Source: a virus (taxonomy: Duplodnaviria > Caudoviricetes). From it: 64,000 nucleotides of DNA. This document shows positions 9,693-19,225 of the stretch, piece by piece. The translations under genes and the position numbers were made by a program. Positions within the stretch are counted from its first letter, which is position 1; each line of letters starts with the position of its first letter. The stretch lies in IMG/VR virus record IMGVR_UViG_3300047539_000055. One strand, 5' to 3'. The notes beneath the pieces were generated by a model. The model saw nothing but the letters and a program-made list of their open reading frames with translations, did no database searches and was not told where the DNA came from.

Positions 9693-10259
9693 AATCCAGA
9701 GAAAAAGAAAGAAAGTGATAAAATTTATCGCGAGAAGAACCGTGAGAAAATTAAAGAGCGAGGTAAGAAATTTTACGAAGAGCATAAAACACAGATAAAA
9801 GAACGAAATAAAAAATATTATGAGGCGCATAGAGAGCAGAAATTAGCGTATAGTAAAAAATGGCATACAGAAAATAAAGAAAGTCAGCGGTTGGTAAGCA
9901 AGGAATGGAGACTACTGAACCAAGAAAAAATTAAAGCGGCGGGAGAAAAATATCGAGAAGAACATAAAACTGAGATTAATCGCAAAAATAAAGAAGACCG
10001 CCGCGCCCGTCTCAGAGAGTATAGATATAAAAGAAAATATGATACTACAACAGATAACTATGATCAATTATATGCAGATCAAGGCGGAAAATGTAAAATA
10101 TGCTCAACTTTTTATTCATTGCTGAACATTGATCATAATCATAAGACGGGAAAAATTCGAGGATTGCTATGCAGAAAATGTAATATGGGAATTGGATTAT
10201 TACAAGATAGTGCGATTATTTTGAAAAACGCGCTGAAATATGTTGAAAACGAGGGTTAA
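9681..10259 (+). CDS. Endonuclease VII-family (HNH) free-standing homing endonuclease
   Basis: QGGKCKIC...IDHNH.TGKIRGLLC..CN.GIG; K/E-rich N-terminal repeats. Confidence 0.85.
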   Translation: MSIYNPEKKKESDKIYREKNREKIKERGKKFYEEHKTQIKERNKKYYEAHREQKLAYSKKWHTENKESQRLVSKEWRLLNQEKIKAAGEKYREEHKTEINRKNKEDRRARLREYRYKRKYDTTTDNYDQLYADQGGKCKICSTFYSLLNIDHNHKTGKIRGLLCRKCNMGIGLLQDSAIILKNALKYVENEG

Positions 10260-10261
10260 AT

Positions 10262-11041
10262 ATGGAGGAAATTTTAGATGGGATGGTATCTATCAAAGGC
10301 AATGCAACTGGACTTAGAGAACTTGCGCTTTTCGCAGGTTGCGGAGGGGGTATTCTCGGAGGAAAACTCCTTGGCTGGAGAACAGTATGCGCCGTTGAAA
10401 TCAACCAATTCTGCATTGACAGACTTATGCAAAGACAAGATGAAGGATTTTTGCCACCCTTTCCTATCTTCGACAATGTATGTACCTTCGACGGAATTCC
10501 TTGGAATGGAAAGGTGGATGTCATGTCTGGGGGATTCCCCTGCCAAGATATTAGCGCAGCAAATAATAAAGCCGAAGGAATCTCAGGAAAACGAAGTGGA
10601 CTCTGGAGTGAATTCGCTCGGATCATTGATGAAGTACGACCAAAGTTCGCATTCGTGGAAAACTCCCCCCTCCTTGTTTTACGAGGACTGCATAGAGTCC
10701 TCGGTGACCTTGCCGAAATCGGGTACGATGCGGAATGGACTTGTTTATCAGCAAAAGCAATCGGTGCCTCTCACAAAAGAGAAAGAATCTGGATTCTCGC
10801 ATCCAACACCCGCCGCGACGGATTGGAAAGGGGCTTCAGTAAACAGGACTTACTCGGACCTACCACAATGGCTACACAAGGTTTGTTCCCCCATAACCAA
10901 AACGAGTTATCCACACCCAGAATTGTTGGAACAAGTAATGGGGTGGCCGATAGGATGGACCGCACGAGAGCCATTGGAAATGGACAAGTACCGCTTGTGG
11001 CTGCGACAGCATGGAATATTCTCATAAATAGGGGAAAATGA
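10262..11041 (+). CDS. DNA cytosine-5 methyltransferase, alpha-like chain (motifs I, IV, VI, VIII, X)
   Basis: LFAGCGGG, GGFPCQDIS, FVENS, HKRERIW, AIGNGQVP; no obvious motif IX. Confidence 0.88.
   Translation: MEEILDGMVSIKGNATGLRELALFAGCGGGILGGKLLGWRTVCAVEINQFCIDRLMQRQDEGFLPPFPIFDNVCTFDGIPWNGKVDVMSGGFPCQDISAANNKAEGISGKRSGLWSEFARIIDEVRPKFAFVENSPLLVLRGLHRVLGDLAEIGYDAEWTCLSAKAIGASHKRERIWILASNTRRDGLERGFSKQDLLGPTTMATQGLFPHNQNELSTPRIVGTSNGVADRMDRTRAIGNGQVPLVAATAWNILINRGK
10278..11027 (+). CDS. Nested +1-frame ORF, probable beta chain of the C5 MTase (TRD/motif IX)
   Basis: 249 aa stop-free; GGAGG 9 nt upstream of ATG; PTPAATDWKG and PELLEQVMGWPIGWT. Confidence 0.65.
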   Translation: MGWYLSKAMQLDLENLRFSQVAEGVFSEENSLAGEQYAPLKSTNSALTDLCKDKMKDFCHPFLSSTMYVPSTEFLGMERWMSCLGDSPAKILAQQIIKPKESQENEVDSGVNSLGSLMKYDQSSHSWKTPPSLFYEDCIESSVTLPKSGTMRNGLVYQQKQSVPLTKEKESGFSHPTPAATDWKGASVNRTYSDLPQWLHKVCSPITKTSYPHPELLEQVMGWPIGWTAREPLEMDKYRLWLRQHGIFS

Positions 11042-11230
11042 TGACAGATTCTCGTTATTTTAGGATTTTAAGTCTTATGGCTATAGCAATCTCTGTACTT
11101 GCATTGCCGTTAGCGTCAAACCAAGTAGTTTGGACAATTCTCGCTATTGCTGGGGTTTTAGCACTTATTTCAATCTCCGTTAACGAACCAAAATAATCTT
11201 TTTCAAAAACTAAATAAGGACAGGTGTAAT

Positions 11231-11521
11231 ATGTATATTACAGCTCTATATTTGTACAATCGTGACAAAAATAATGAAATGGTTGCCGATGAAGTGGTTT
11301 CCATTGTCAGAAAGATCAGAGATAATGATATCAAACGATGTAATGTAATTTTGGATGTGGTCAAAGGCGAAGTGTTCAAATGCCGTGGATTTCACATCTA
11401 TGGAAAAGAAATTGATGGATATGAGAAGGATAGTTACCAGAGATTGTTAGACTATTTTCATGCCATGCACCCACAACAGATCGACAACTTACTAAAGGCT
11501 ATCCAAACGATCCAGGTATAA
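11231..11521 (+). CDS. Hypothetical protein
   Basis: TAAATA at 11211, AGGT SD. Confidence 0.6.
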   Translation: MYITALYLYNRDKNNEMVADEVVSIVRKIRDNDIKRCNVILDVVKGEVFKCRGFHIYGKEIDGYEKDSYQRLLDYFHAMHPQQIDNLLKAIQTIQV

Positions 11522-11527
11522 AACTAA

Positions 11528-12007
11528 ATGATCGAACGAATCATTGTCCATAAGACGCTGATTGACTCATTCAAAAGGAAGGCCGTAAAAGCCCTTCCAA
11601 ATGAAATAATCGTTGCTGTTCTTGGAAAAATGGAAAAAAATGATTTGCACGTTTATGCTTTTGATAAATTGGAAGTAGTAAAATCCAAACATACATTTAT
11701 TCAATATGAACAACCAGAAGAAGAACTTGAAGCTGGATCAGATTTAAAATATTTTGGTACGCTGCATAGCCATCCAAATGGAACTCTACATACTTCTGAA
11801 GATGATAGAGAAAGTTTTTTCAATGCCCATAATTCCGATCATTTTATATTAGAAGATCATGAGGGAGAACAACTCATGGACGAAATAATGGGAATTATGG
11901 GTATAGTTCGTAAAAGAAAAGTGATTCATTATGGAATTGCTTTTTACAATAGTGAACTTAAACCTCTTGAAGTAATATTTTCGGAAAATCGAAAAGAAAT
12001 TTCCTAA
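11528..12007 (+). CDS. JAB/MPN (JAMM) metalloprotease-domain protein
   Basis: E...HSHP-x-S-x2-D (HSHPNGTLHTSEDD), exact JAMM spacing. Confidence 0.8.
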   Translation: MIERIIVHKTLIDSFKRKAVKALPNEIIVAVLGKMEKNDLHVYAFDKLEVVKSKHTFIQYEQPEEELEAGSDLKYFGTLHSHPNGTLHTSEDDRESFFNAHNSDHFILEDHEGEQLMDEIMGIMGIVRKRKVIHYGIAFYNSELKPLEVIFSENRKEIS

Positions 12008-12014
12008 ATAACAG

Positions 12015-12065
12015 TTGCCTTTCCTATTTCTTTATGATACACTGTTAGTGTATTGAAGGAAACAA
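12015..12065 (+). promoter_or_regulatory. Sigma70-type promoter with palindrome over -10/+1 (copy 1)
   Basis: TTGCCT-17-TACACT (extended TG), ATACACT-gtt-AGTGTAT, GAAGGA SD; near copy at 23840. Confidence 0.65.
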
Positions 12066-14378
12066 ATGAAATTAGATTTACAAAATCATCTACTTCCAAT
12101 ACCTACTCGCGTTGCTTTTGTTGGGAATTATTCTCCTCGTCAATGCGGCATCGCTACATTTACTACGGATTTATGTGAAGCTCTTTCAACAGAATTCAGT
12201 GACAGTAAAATATTTGCTGTTCCAGTCAACGATCCAAACTCAAAATATGATTATCCAGAAAAAGTTCGATTAGAAATTGATCAAGAAGATTTGAGTTCCT
12301 ATGAACGTGCCGCAGAATTTCTAAATTTTAATGGTAATGATTTGGTTTGTATTCAACATGAATATGGCATCTATGGCGGGATCGCTGGCAGTCATATTAT
12401 CGCTTTAATGAAAAAATTAAAGATGCCGATTGTGACAACATTTCATACTGTTTTAGAGTCCCCAACTAAAGAACAACGAGATGCCCTTATAGAAGTTGCT
12501 CATCTTTCTGATAGAGTAGTTGTGATGAGTAATCAAGCGGCAAAATTTTTGCAGAAGATTTATGATATCTCTCATGAAAAAATTGACATTATTCCTCACG
12601 GTGTTCCAGAGTTTCAATTTATAGACCCAAATTATTTCAAAGACAAATTTAATACCGAAGGAAAATTTGTTCTGTTGACTTTCGGACTATTATCACCAAA
12701 TAAAGGTATTGAAAATGTAATTAGTGCGTTACCTGCAATTTTAACTAAGCATCCAAATGTGGTATATATTGTGTCTGGTGTTACACATCCTCAGATTCGT
12801 CGGGAAGAAGGAGAAAAATATCGCGAGTCATTGGAAAGATTGGCAACAAATTTGGGAGTTTCGGAAAATTTAATTCTAATCAATCGCTTTGTGAGTACCG
12901 AAGAATTAATTGAACATATAGGCGCGGCAGATATTTACATCACACCTTACCGTCAAAAAGACCAAATTGTTTCTGGAACATTGGCTATCGCTTTTGGCGC
13001 AGGAAAGGCCATTATTTCCACTCCTTATTTATTTGCCACGGAACTTTTGGCAGATAAGTGTGGAATATTAGTTCCATTTGAAAGGCCACTTGCAATTGCA
13101 AAAGCAGTAATTGGTTTATTGGATAATGACGGTGAACGCCATGCAATGAGAAAGCGTGCATATTTAGCTTCTCGTGAAACAGTATGGCCTAAGACAGCAC
13201 AAAAATATATGGCAAGTTTTCAACGTGCCAGATTTGAGCGAACATTATTGCCTAAAGCTTTGCCGCATTTTGCAAAAATGGCAACATTACCAGACGAATT
13301 GCCGGAGCTAAACCTTGCTCATTTGTTAATAATGACGGATGATACAGCAATGTTGCAACATGCTATTTTTTCCATACCAAATTCATATGAAGGTTATACC
13401 ACTGACGATAATGCACGAGCGCTTATTGTATCAACATTTTTGGAAGGAAATGCTTGTAATGCAAATATTGCTCATCTTTCAAATCGTTATTTGGCTTTCT
13501 TATGGCTTGCTTTTGACCGAGACAAAAAAAGATTTAGAAATTTTCTTGGTTATGATAGAAAATGGTTAGAGGATGTTGGTTCCGAAGATAGTCATGGCCG
13601 TGCTATATGGTCGTTGGGAAAAGTTCTGGAACATTCACAAGATAAAGGGTTGCGTGGGGCAGCAGGAAGACTTTTTGAAGCGGCGTTACCAGAAACGCTA
13701 AATTTTAACAGCCCTCGTACATGGGCGTTTACTATTCTTGGTTGCCAAGCGTATCTTTCTTGGTTTCCTGGTGATCGAGATGTACAAAAAATTCAAAATG
13801 ATTTGGCATATCGTTTGATGGAACTCTATAAAATCAACCATTCTTCAACTTGGTCTTGGTTTGAGAAAGTTCTTTCATATTCAAATGCAAGATTATCACA
13901 AGCACTCATTCTTGCAGGTTCTAATACAGATGATAAAAAAATGATCAAAGTTGGTGTTGACTCTCTTAAATGGCTAATCTCGGAACAACATCGAGACGAT
14001 CCAGAAATTTTTGTTCCCATTGGTTCAAATGGATTCTTTATTGAAGGAAGTGAGAAGGCACGATTTGATCAGCAACCTGTTGAAGCGTGCGGAACAATCT
14101 CTGCTTGCTTAGCCATGTTTAAAATAACAAAAGAAATATACTGGTTTGATGAAGCTCAGAGAGTTTTTCGTTGGTTCCTTGGCAAAAATGATTTACAGAT
14201 TCCTTTATATGATTCCGTAACGGGTGGATGTAAAGATGGCCTTCATCCAGATCATATCAATGAGAATCAGGGAGCGGAATCGACACTTTCGTTCTTGATG
14301 GCTCTTATTGAAATGCAAGAGGCTGTCAAGGTTATTAATGAAGATAGTGCTTCATTGTTAATGAAGCTAGTGGTTTAG
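12066..14378 (+). CDS. GT4 glycosyltransferase fused to six-hairpin glycosidase-like domain
   Basis: PRQCGIATFT, QHEYGIYGG, FGLLSPNKGIE, GYTTDDNARAL, FDQQPVEA, NQGAESTL. Confidence 0.88.
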   Translation: MKLDLQNHLLPIPTRVAFVGNYSPRQCGIATFTTDLCEALSTEFSDSKIFAVPVNDPNSKYDYPEKVRLEIDQEDLSSYERAAEFLNFNGNDLVCIQHEYGIYGGIAGSHIIALMKKLKMPIVTTFHTVLESPTKEQRDALIEVAHLSDRVVVMSNQAAKFLQKIYDISHEKIDIIPHGVPEFQFIDPNYFKDKFNTEGKFVLLTFGLLSPNKGIENVISALPAILTKHPNVVYIVSGVTHPQIRREEGEKYRESLERLATNLGVSENLILINRFVSTEELIEHIGAADIYITPYRQKDQIVSGTLAIAFGAGKAIISTPYLFATELLADKCGILVPFERPLAIAKAVIGLLDNDGERHAMRKRAYLASRETVWPKTAQKYMASFQRARFERTLLPKALPHFAKMATLPDELPELNLAHLLIMTDDTAMLQHAIFSIPNSYEGYTTDDNARALIVSTFLEGNACNANIAHLSNRYLAFLWLAFDRDKKRFRNFLGYDRKWLEDVGSEDSHGRAIWSLGKVLEHSQDKGLRGAAGRLFEAALPETLNFNSPRTWAFTILGCQAYLSWFPGDRDVQKIQNDLAYRLMELYKINHSSTWSWFEKVLSYSNARLSQALILAGSNTDDKKMIKVGVDSLKWLISEQHRDDPEIFVPIGSNGFFIEGSEKARFDQQPVEACGTISACLAMFKITKEIYWFDEAQRVFRWFLGKNDLQIPLYDSVTGGCKDGLHPDHINENQGAESTLSFLMALIEMQEAVKVINEDSASLLMKLVV

Positions 14379-14463
14379 TAATCCCCAAAAATTTTTAGGA
14401 CTTCTTTGATGTGATAGAGACTATTTTCTCATTGATGGATAAATAGATGTATAGGAGAAAAAT

Positions 14464-15252
14464 ATGTCCAATAGATCAACCACAGCAGAATTCATTGAAA
14501 AAGCCATAGTAGTTCATGGTGATCTATTTGATTATAGTAAAACATATTATGTAAATAACGCATCAAAAGTTATAATCATTTGTCCTATTCATAAAGACTT
14601 TGAACAGATTGCGAGAAATCATATATTCTTGAAGCAAGGGTGTCCTGTTTGCGGGGAGATTAAGGTTGGATTAGCTAACAGAAGCAATACAAAAGAATTT
14701 GTACAAAAAGCCGAAAAATTGCACGATGGTAAATATGATTATTCAAAAGTTGAATACATTAAAAATTCAGAATCAATTAACATTATTTGTGCGATCCATG
14801 GAGATTTTAGTCAAACACCAGCCAACCATTTAAGCGGAAAGGGATGTCCGTTATGTGCAACAAAAAGTGTTGGAGAAAAAACAATTAAAGATTTTTTGTC
14901 AAATGAAAAAGTGTCATTTAGAACACAAGTTAAAATTAAAGAATGTAAAAGAGTTAAGTCATTACCGTTTGATTTTGGTATTTATAACGGTGATGAATTA
15001 TTGGGGTTGATTGAATTTCAAGGAAGACAACATTATAAGGAAGGTAGTTGGATTAACCCGAAAAATACAACGCGGATTAAAAAAGAATTTGCTGATTTAT
15101 TAGACAGAGATAGGATCAAACTGGAATATTGTAAGGTACATAATATTCCCCTACTCTTAATTAAATATGATGATTTTGATTTACTTAAACATCTCCAAAT
15201 ATTTTTAGTATCTCTGCAACAATTGGATGTCGTTGATTGTCAAGGATACTAA
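14464..15252 (+). CDS. Putative homing endonuclease (DUF723-like Zn repeats plus PD-(D/E)XK C-terminus)
   Basis: Repeated HG..YDYSK..Y.....IIC..H..F.Q...H..G.GCP.C; FDF...LIEFQGRQHY. Confidence 0.75.
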   Translation: MSNRSTTAEFIEKAIVVHGDLFDYSKTYYVNNASKVIIICPIHKDFEQIARNHIFLKQGCPVCGEIKVGLANRSNTKEFVQKAEKLHDGKYDYSKVEYIKNSESINIICAIHGDFSQTPANHLSGKGCPLCATKSVGEKTIKDFLSNEKVSFRTQVKIKECKRVKSLPFDFGIYNGDELLGLIEFQGRQHYKEGSWINPKNTTRIKKEFADLLDRDRIKLEYCKVHNIPLLLIKYDDFDLLKHLQIFLVSLQQLDVVDCQGY

Positions 15253-15925
15253 ATTCTATGGCGGCGATATAATTAGCGTTGCCGTGTTTATGTAATAAAT
15301 TTTTGAAAACTAAAAGCCCGTTTTCTCCTGACTTTCTATCGCTTTGCGCATTATCTCCTGTAATTATTAATTTTGAATTTTCACATAATCTTGTCATTAC
15401 ACTTTTAATAGCCGCAACAGAAATATTTTGTGCCTCATCAAGAATCACATAGCAATTTTTGAAATTGCGTCCTCGTATTAACATCAGAGGAACAATTTCA
15501 ATGATTTGTTTTTCTAACATATCTTCAATGTCCTTGACTGAGTAATACTCAGTCAAACATTCTAATAATGGTGTCACCCAAATTTTTACCTTATCCAACA
15601 AGGTTCCAGGAACAAATCCATGTTCTTCTTCTGATACCCCTACAGCCGGCCGGCAGAGAATTAATTTGTCAATCTTTCTTTCGCTGAGTGCCTTAATACC
15701 TGCCATCATTGCTAATTGTGTTTTCCCGCATCCCGCCGGTCCAGTAGCAATAACAATAATTTTGTCAATATCTAATAATGATTCAAGATAATCTTCTTGT
15801 CTTAAATTTCTTGGAATAATATGAACTGCTTTTCTAATGCCACTTTTTGTTGTGTATTTGGCGGCTTCATGTTGAAGGAAAGGCGATTTTTCAGGCGGGG
15901 GATTTTGTTTTTTTATGCGTGACAT
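15185..15925 (-). CDS. phoH: PhoH-family ATPase
   Basis: GPAGCGKT, RGRNF, ILDEAQN, TGDNAQSD, RHPIV. Confidence 0.92.
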   Translation of the reverse strand: MSRIKKQNPPPEKSPFLQHEAAKYTTKSGIRKAVHIIPRNLRQEDYLESLLDIDKIIVIATGPAGCGKTQLAMMAGIKALSERKIDKLILCRPAVGVSEEEHGFVPGTLLDKVKIWVTPLLECLTEYYSVKDIEDMLEKQIIEIVPLMLIRGRNFKNCYVILDEAQNISVAAIKSVMTRLCENSKLIITGDNAQSDRKSGENGLLVFKNLLHKHGNANYIAAIEFSILDNQRHPIVAEILKIFGDV

Positions 15926-16028
15926 TGGGCTATTTCTCCAGTCTTCATCAATATTTATGCGTATTTGAGATGTTTTGGTATTGAAGGGATGTTGAGATAA
16001 ATACCTATTAGTCTAAGGAGAATACGGT

Positions 16029-16289
16029 ATGACGCAAAATGATGATCTTGAAAAATATAGAAAAATTATCTCAGAATCTAACAAACCTGTAAATGAAGAT
16101 ATGTGGGAAGTATTAGCAGACCCTATGGTAAGAGCCACTGCCCAAGCAGATATTGTTGGTCTTCTTACTGTTTTAGTATTGAAGAAAACAGGAAGTCTTG
16201 ATGCCGCCGCCGAAGTGATGAGTAAAGTAGTAGATAAAATTGAAGCTATGGGCGGTAAAGTAGGTAGAGTAATAGATACTTTGAAATAA
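16029..16289 (+). CDS. Hypothetical late protein
   Basis: TAAATA plus AAGGAG SD. Confidence 0.65.
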   Translation: MTQNDDLEKYRKIISESNKPVNEDMWEVLADPMVRATAQADIVGLLTVLVLKKTGSLDAAAEVMSKVVDKIEAMGGKVGRVIDTLK

Positions 16290-16290
16290 T

Positions 16291-16545
16291 ATGAAACTAT
16301 TTGAATTTGACGCAGTTGATGATAATGGTTACCGCGTGCCTCGCGCACATCGTGATGAAGTTGGTTGCAGTGAATGTGGAAGTGAAAAAGACCTGCAACT
16401 ATGTGGCTCATATCCAAATGTTGCCGATCCAATATGCGGAACTTGCCGTAAACGATGGAAATATCAATGGTGTGATCCTTGTCAATTGAATCATATTCAG
16501 GGTGTTTGTCCACAAATTGGCTCAATGGCTGGAAAATATTCTTGA
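16291..16545 (+). CDS. Cys-rich hypothetical protein
   Basis: Several CxxC pairs. Confidence 0.55.
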   Translation: MKLFEFDAVDDNGYRVPRAHRDEVGCSECGSEKDLQLCGSYPNVADPICGTCRKRWKYQWCDPCQLNHIQGVCPQIGSMAGKYS

Positions 16546-16580
16546 AAAGTGTATAATATTATACACAATCATAAATATAA

Positions 16581-17450
16581 GTGATACTAAATCCAAAGAA
16601 ATTTAGCTCGTTGGAGAATCACTTGAAGAATATTCTGACTTTTCTATCCCTATTTTTCGTTTCATCCATCATATCTGTTGCACAAGGTAGTTATGTTGAT
16701 CAATATGCTTCAGATGCTCCGTTTATCAAGAATACACTATATCCAGCAGTAACGTTGTTATACACGCAAGATGACATGGGAACTATGGATATGAGATGTA
16801 CAGCTACGGCTTTTGAAGCCGTTTCTAACGGATATTTATTCTCAACTGCTGCACATTGTGCTGTTGAAAATAGTGCAGAGTCAGATGAATTTGGTAAGAT
16901 TAAAAATGCATCTTTTTTCATTACGTTAGATGAAGCCGCCTCCACTAAGACATTTCTTAAGGCTAATGTAATTGCTTGTGGTAAACAGATAAAAGGCAAT
17001 GATTTTTGCATTATTTACGTGAAGACTGCTAATTTGTTTCCTGTCGTTCCAATTGGTAAGGATGCTGCAAAACTTGTTGGAGAAAGTGTTGTTAATGTAT
17101 CGAGTCCTTTGGGATTGGGTAAGCAAACATTTTATGGTCGTATTACATTGCCAATATTGGACAGATCGGTAGTTGTTGATCAAATGAATTGGACTCATAC
17201 TGTTCTAATGCAGTTACCAGGCACAAATTCTGGATCAAGTGGTTCAGCCATTGTTTGCTTGGAGCAACATGCAATTTGTGGATTTTTGGTTGGAACAATC
17301 GCTGGTTCAACTGTTGTTGCTGTTCCAGTAAGCAGATTTTCAAACTTTTTAACAACGGTTAAAGCTTGTAAGAAAGATGAATTTTTGGAAAACACAAATG
17401 CAGAAGATGTTGCCTTCTCTTTCAAATGCAAGGATGATAAAAAGAAGTAA
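16581..17450 (+). CDS. Secreted trypsin-like serine protease
   Basis: Signal-like N-terminus; TAAHC, D (NDF), GSSGS catalytic triad motifs. Confidence 0.8.
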   Translation: MILNPKKFSSLENHLKNILTFLSLFFVSSIISVAQGSYVDQYASDAPFIKNTLYPAVTLLYTQDDMGTMDMRCTATAFEAVSNGYLFSTAAHCAVENSAESDEFGKIKNASFFITLDEAASTKTFLKANVIACGKQIKGNDFCIIYVKTANLFPVVPIGKDAAKLVGESVVNVSSPLGLGKQTFYGRITLPILDRSVVVDQMNWTHTVLMQLPGTNSGSSGSAIVCLEQHAICGFLVGTIAGSTVVAVPVSRFSNFLTTVKACKKDEFLENTNAEDVAFSFKCKDDKKK

Positions 17451-17458
17451 ATACTGGT

Positions 17459-19204
17459 ATGGAATTCAGCCCACAATTCAAAGCATGGTTTGGAAGTTCT
17501 TTGGTTACTGACGCCGAAGATAATCCGCTAAGAGTTTATCACGGATCAAATAGATTAGAAGATATCTCAATATTTAAATCTGAATATAACAATGGATATT
17601 ACTTTACATCCGATCCAAATTATGCAGTGGAGTATTCAGGAACTACAAACATTGGTGCAAAAACGATTCCAGTATATCTTAGATTAGAACACCCGATGGA
17701 CTTCTTTGAATTTAGGGACATCGTTAGGGCAGCAAGAAAAGATGGAAGTGATCCTGTTAAAAAAACCATAAAACTTGGTTATGATGGAGTAATTACAGAT
17801 AAGGCGCATGAATTTGGTTGTCTTGATGTAAAGAATACGCCGAAAACATTTATTGTTTTCAGTCCTAATCAAATCAAATCTGCCATTGGAAATAAAGGAA
17901 CATATAATAGAGAAGACCCAAATATTACAGAATCCAAAGAATTGTTTTCAATTTTTAAAGAATCCAAAGCATTCAGAAATGATTCAATGGTAGAAAAGTA
18001 TTCCGTCAAAGAACTCAGTGAAATCCTGTTCGCAATGATGTTGACCTTACACCTTATTGGAGTTACAGAGCAATCTAAAAAATACTGCCACAATTCATTG
18101 AAATTTCCAAAATTCAATCATATTTTTTTGAGTAGCACAGATTTGGCTAATGCCATCACCACTTTGGTTCACGCAAAAGAGTACCTTGACAAACCAAATG
18201 TTGATGTTCCTGTCAATGAATTAAAAAGATATCTTCGTGGAATTATTTTAGGCACAAATACTGATCAATTTTCTCGTGCATTTTTCTTTCGTTTACAGAC
18301 GAAGCTTCGAATCAAAGATAGTTTGTTATCTACTTTGCGCCGAGAAATTGTTGATGGAAAAATACAAAAAAATAAAAATAAACTTGCAGTCCAGTTATAT
18401 CAATATCTAAGAAAATATAATAATTGTGATTTATTAGTTGTTTTGCAATCCTTGTTGGATGAATCATTAACAGAATCTAAAAAACATATTGCTTCGGAGT
18501 CCGAAATTCGTGCCTATATGGAGATTCTGAAACAAAAATATATTGAATCTGAAGGATCACTTGATGGAATGTGTTATGATGCTTGTTTGGATATGCAAAG
18601 AAAATTTCCTCAACTTCATTGGTTTAAAGGGATGGTAGAAATTTATAATGGTAAACGTTATAGTTGGGTGTCTCATAGTTGGATGGTATCTGATGATGGA
18701 ACTATATACGATCCAACAGTGAGTCAATTTAAAGATGTACCATCATATGAATTTGATGGAGACAAATGTTTGGTACAGAGAATTGATGGGAAACAGGGCA
18801 AATTATTCAAATCTTTAGAAGCAGCAAATAATTCAAAATCTATAACAGAATCTGTTAACCCTTCACAAATGATTTATCATGGAACTTTTGCTCCTCGTGC
18901 TAAACAGATTTTACAAACCAAGTTTTTAAACCCATCCTTGGCCGATACCTATGAATATGGAAAGGCAGTTTGGTTTACTTCAGACTTGGAAGATGCTTGT
19001 GAGTACGCTGGCAATGCTGGTGTTGTATTCATGATGCCAGAAGAAACTTCAAAACAATTTCGCTGTAAAAGAATTGTCTATCGTGATCCAAGCACGAAGG
19101 TAGTTGAACTCACTGTTTTAGTTAAAGAGCCGATTCCATTAAAATTGGTGAAGTATGAACGCGCCAGTGTTCTCCGCAAAACCTATGTAAGTAAATATAT
19201 TTAG
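17459..19204 (+). CDS. Multidomain (polyvalent) protein: ART-like, helical, papain/transglutaminase-like, second ART-like
   Basis: FKAWFG.S.V.D....PLRVYHG..GYYFTS; GMCYDAC..HSW..IYDPT; IYHGT..AVWFTSD...EYA. Confidence 0.65.
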   Translation: MEFSPQFKAWFGSSLVTDAEDNPLRVYHGSNRLEDISIFKSEYNNGYYFTSDPNYAVEYSGTTNIGAKTIPVYLRLEHPMDFFEFRDIVRAARKDGSDPVKKTIKLGYDGVITDKAHEFGCLDVKNTPKTFIVFSPNQIKSAIGNKGTYNREDPNITESKELFSIFKESKAFRNDSMVEKYSVKELSEILFAMMLTLHLIGVTEQSKKYCHNSLKFPKFNHIFLSSTDLANAITTLVHAKEYLDKPNVDVPVNELKRYLRGIILGTNTDQFSRAFFFRLQTKLRIKDSLLSTLRREIVDGKIQKNKNKLAVQLYQYLRKYNNCDLLVVLQSLLDESLTESKKHIASESEIRAYMEILKQKYIESEGSLDGMCYDACLDMQRKFPQLHWFKGMVEIYNGKRYSWVSHSWMVSDDGTIYDPTVSQFKDVPSYEFDGDKCLVQRIDGKQGKLFKSLEAANNSKSITESVNPSQMIYHGTFAPRAKQILQTKFLNPSLADTYEYGKAVWFTSDLEDACEYAGNAGVVFMMPEETSKQFRCKRIVYRDPSTKVVELTVLVKEPIPLKLVKYERASVLRKTYVSKYI

Positions 19205-19225
19205 AATCAATAACTTACAATCATA

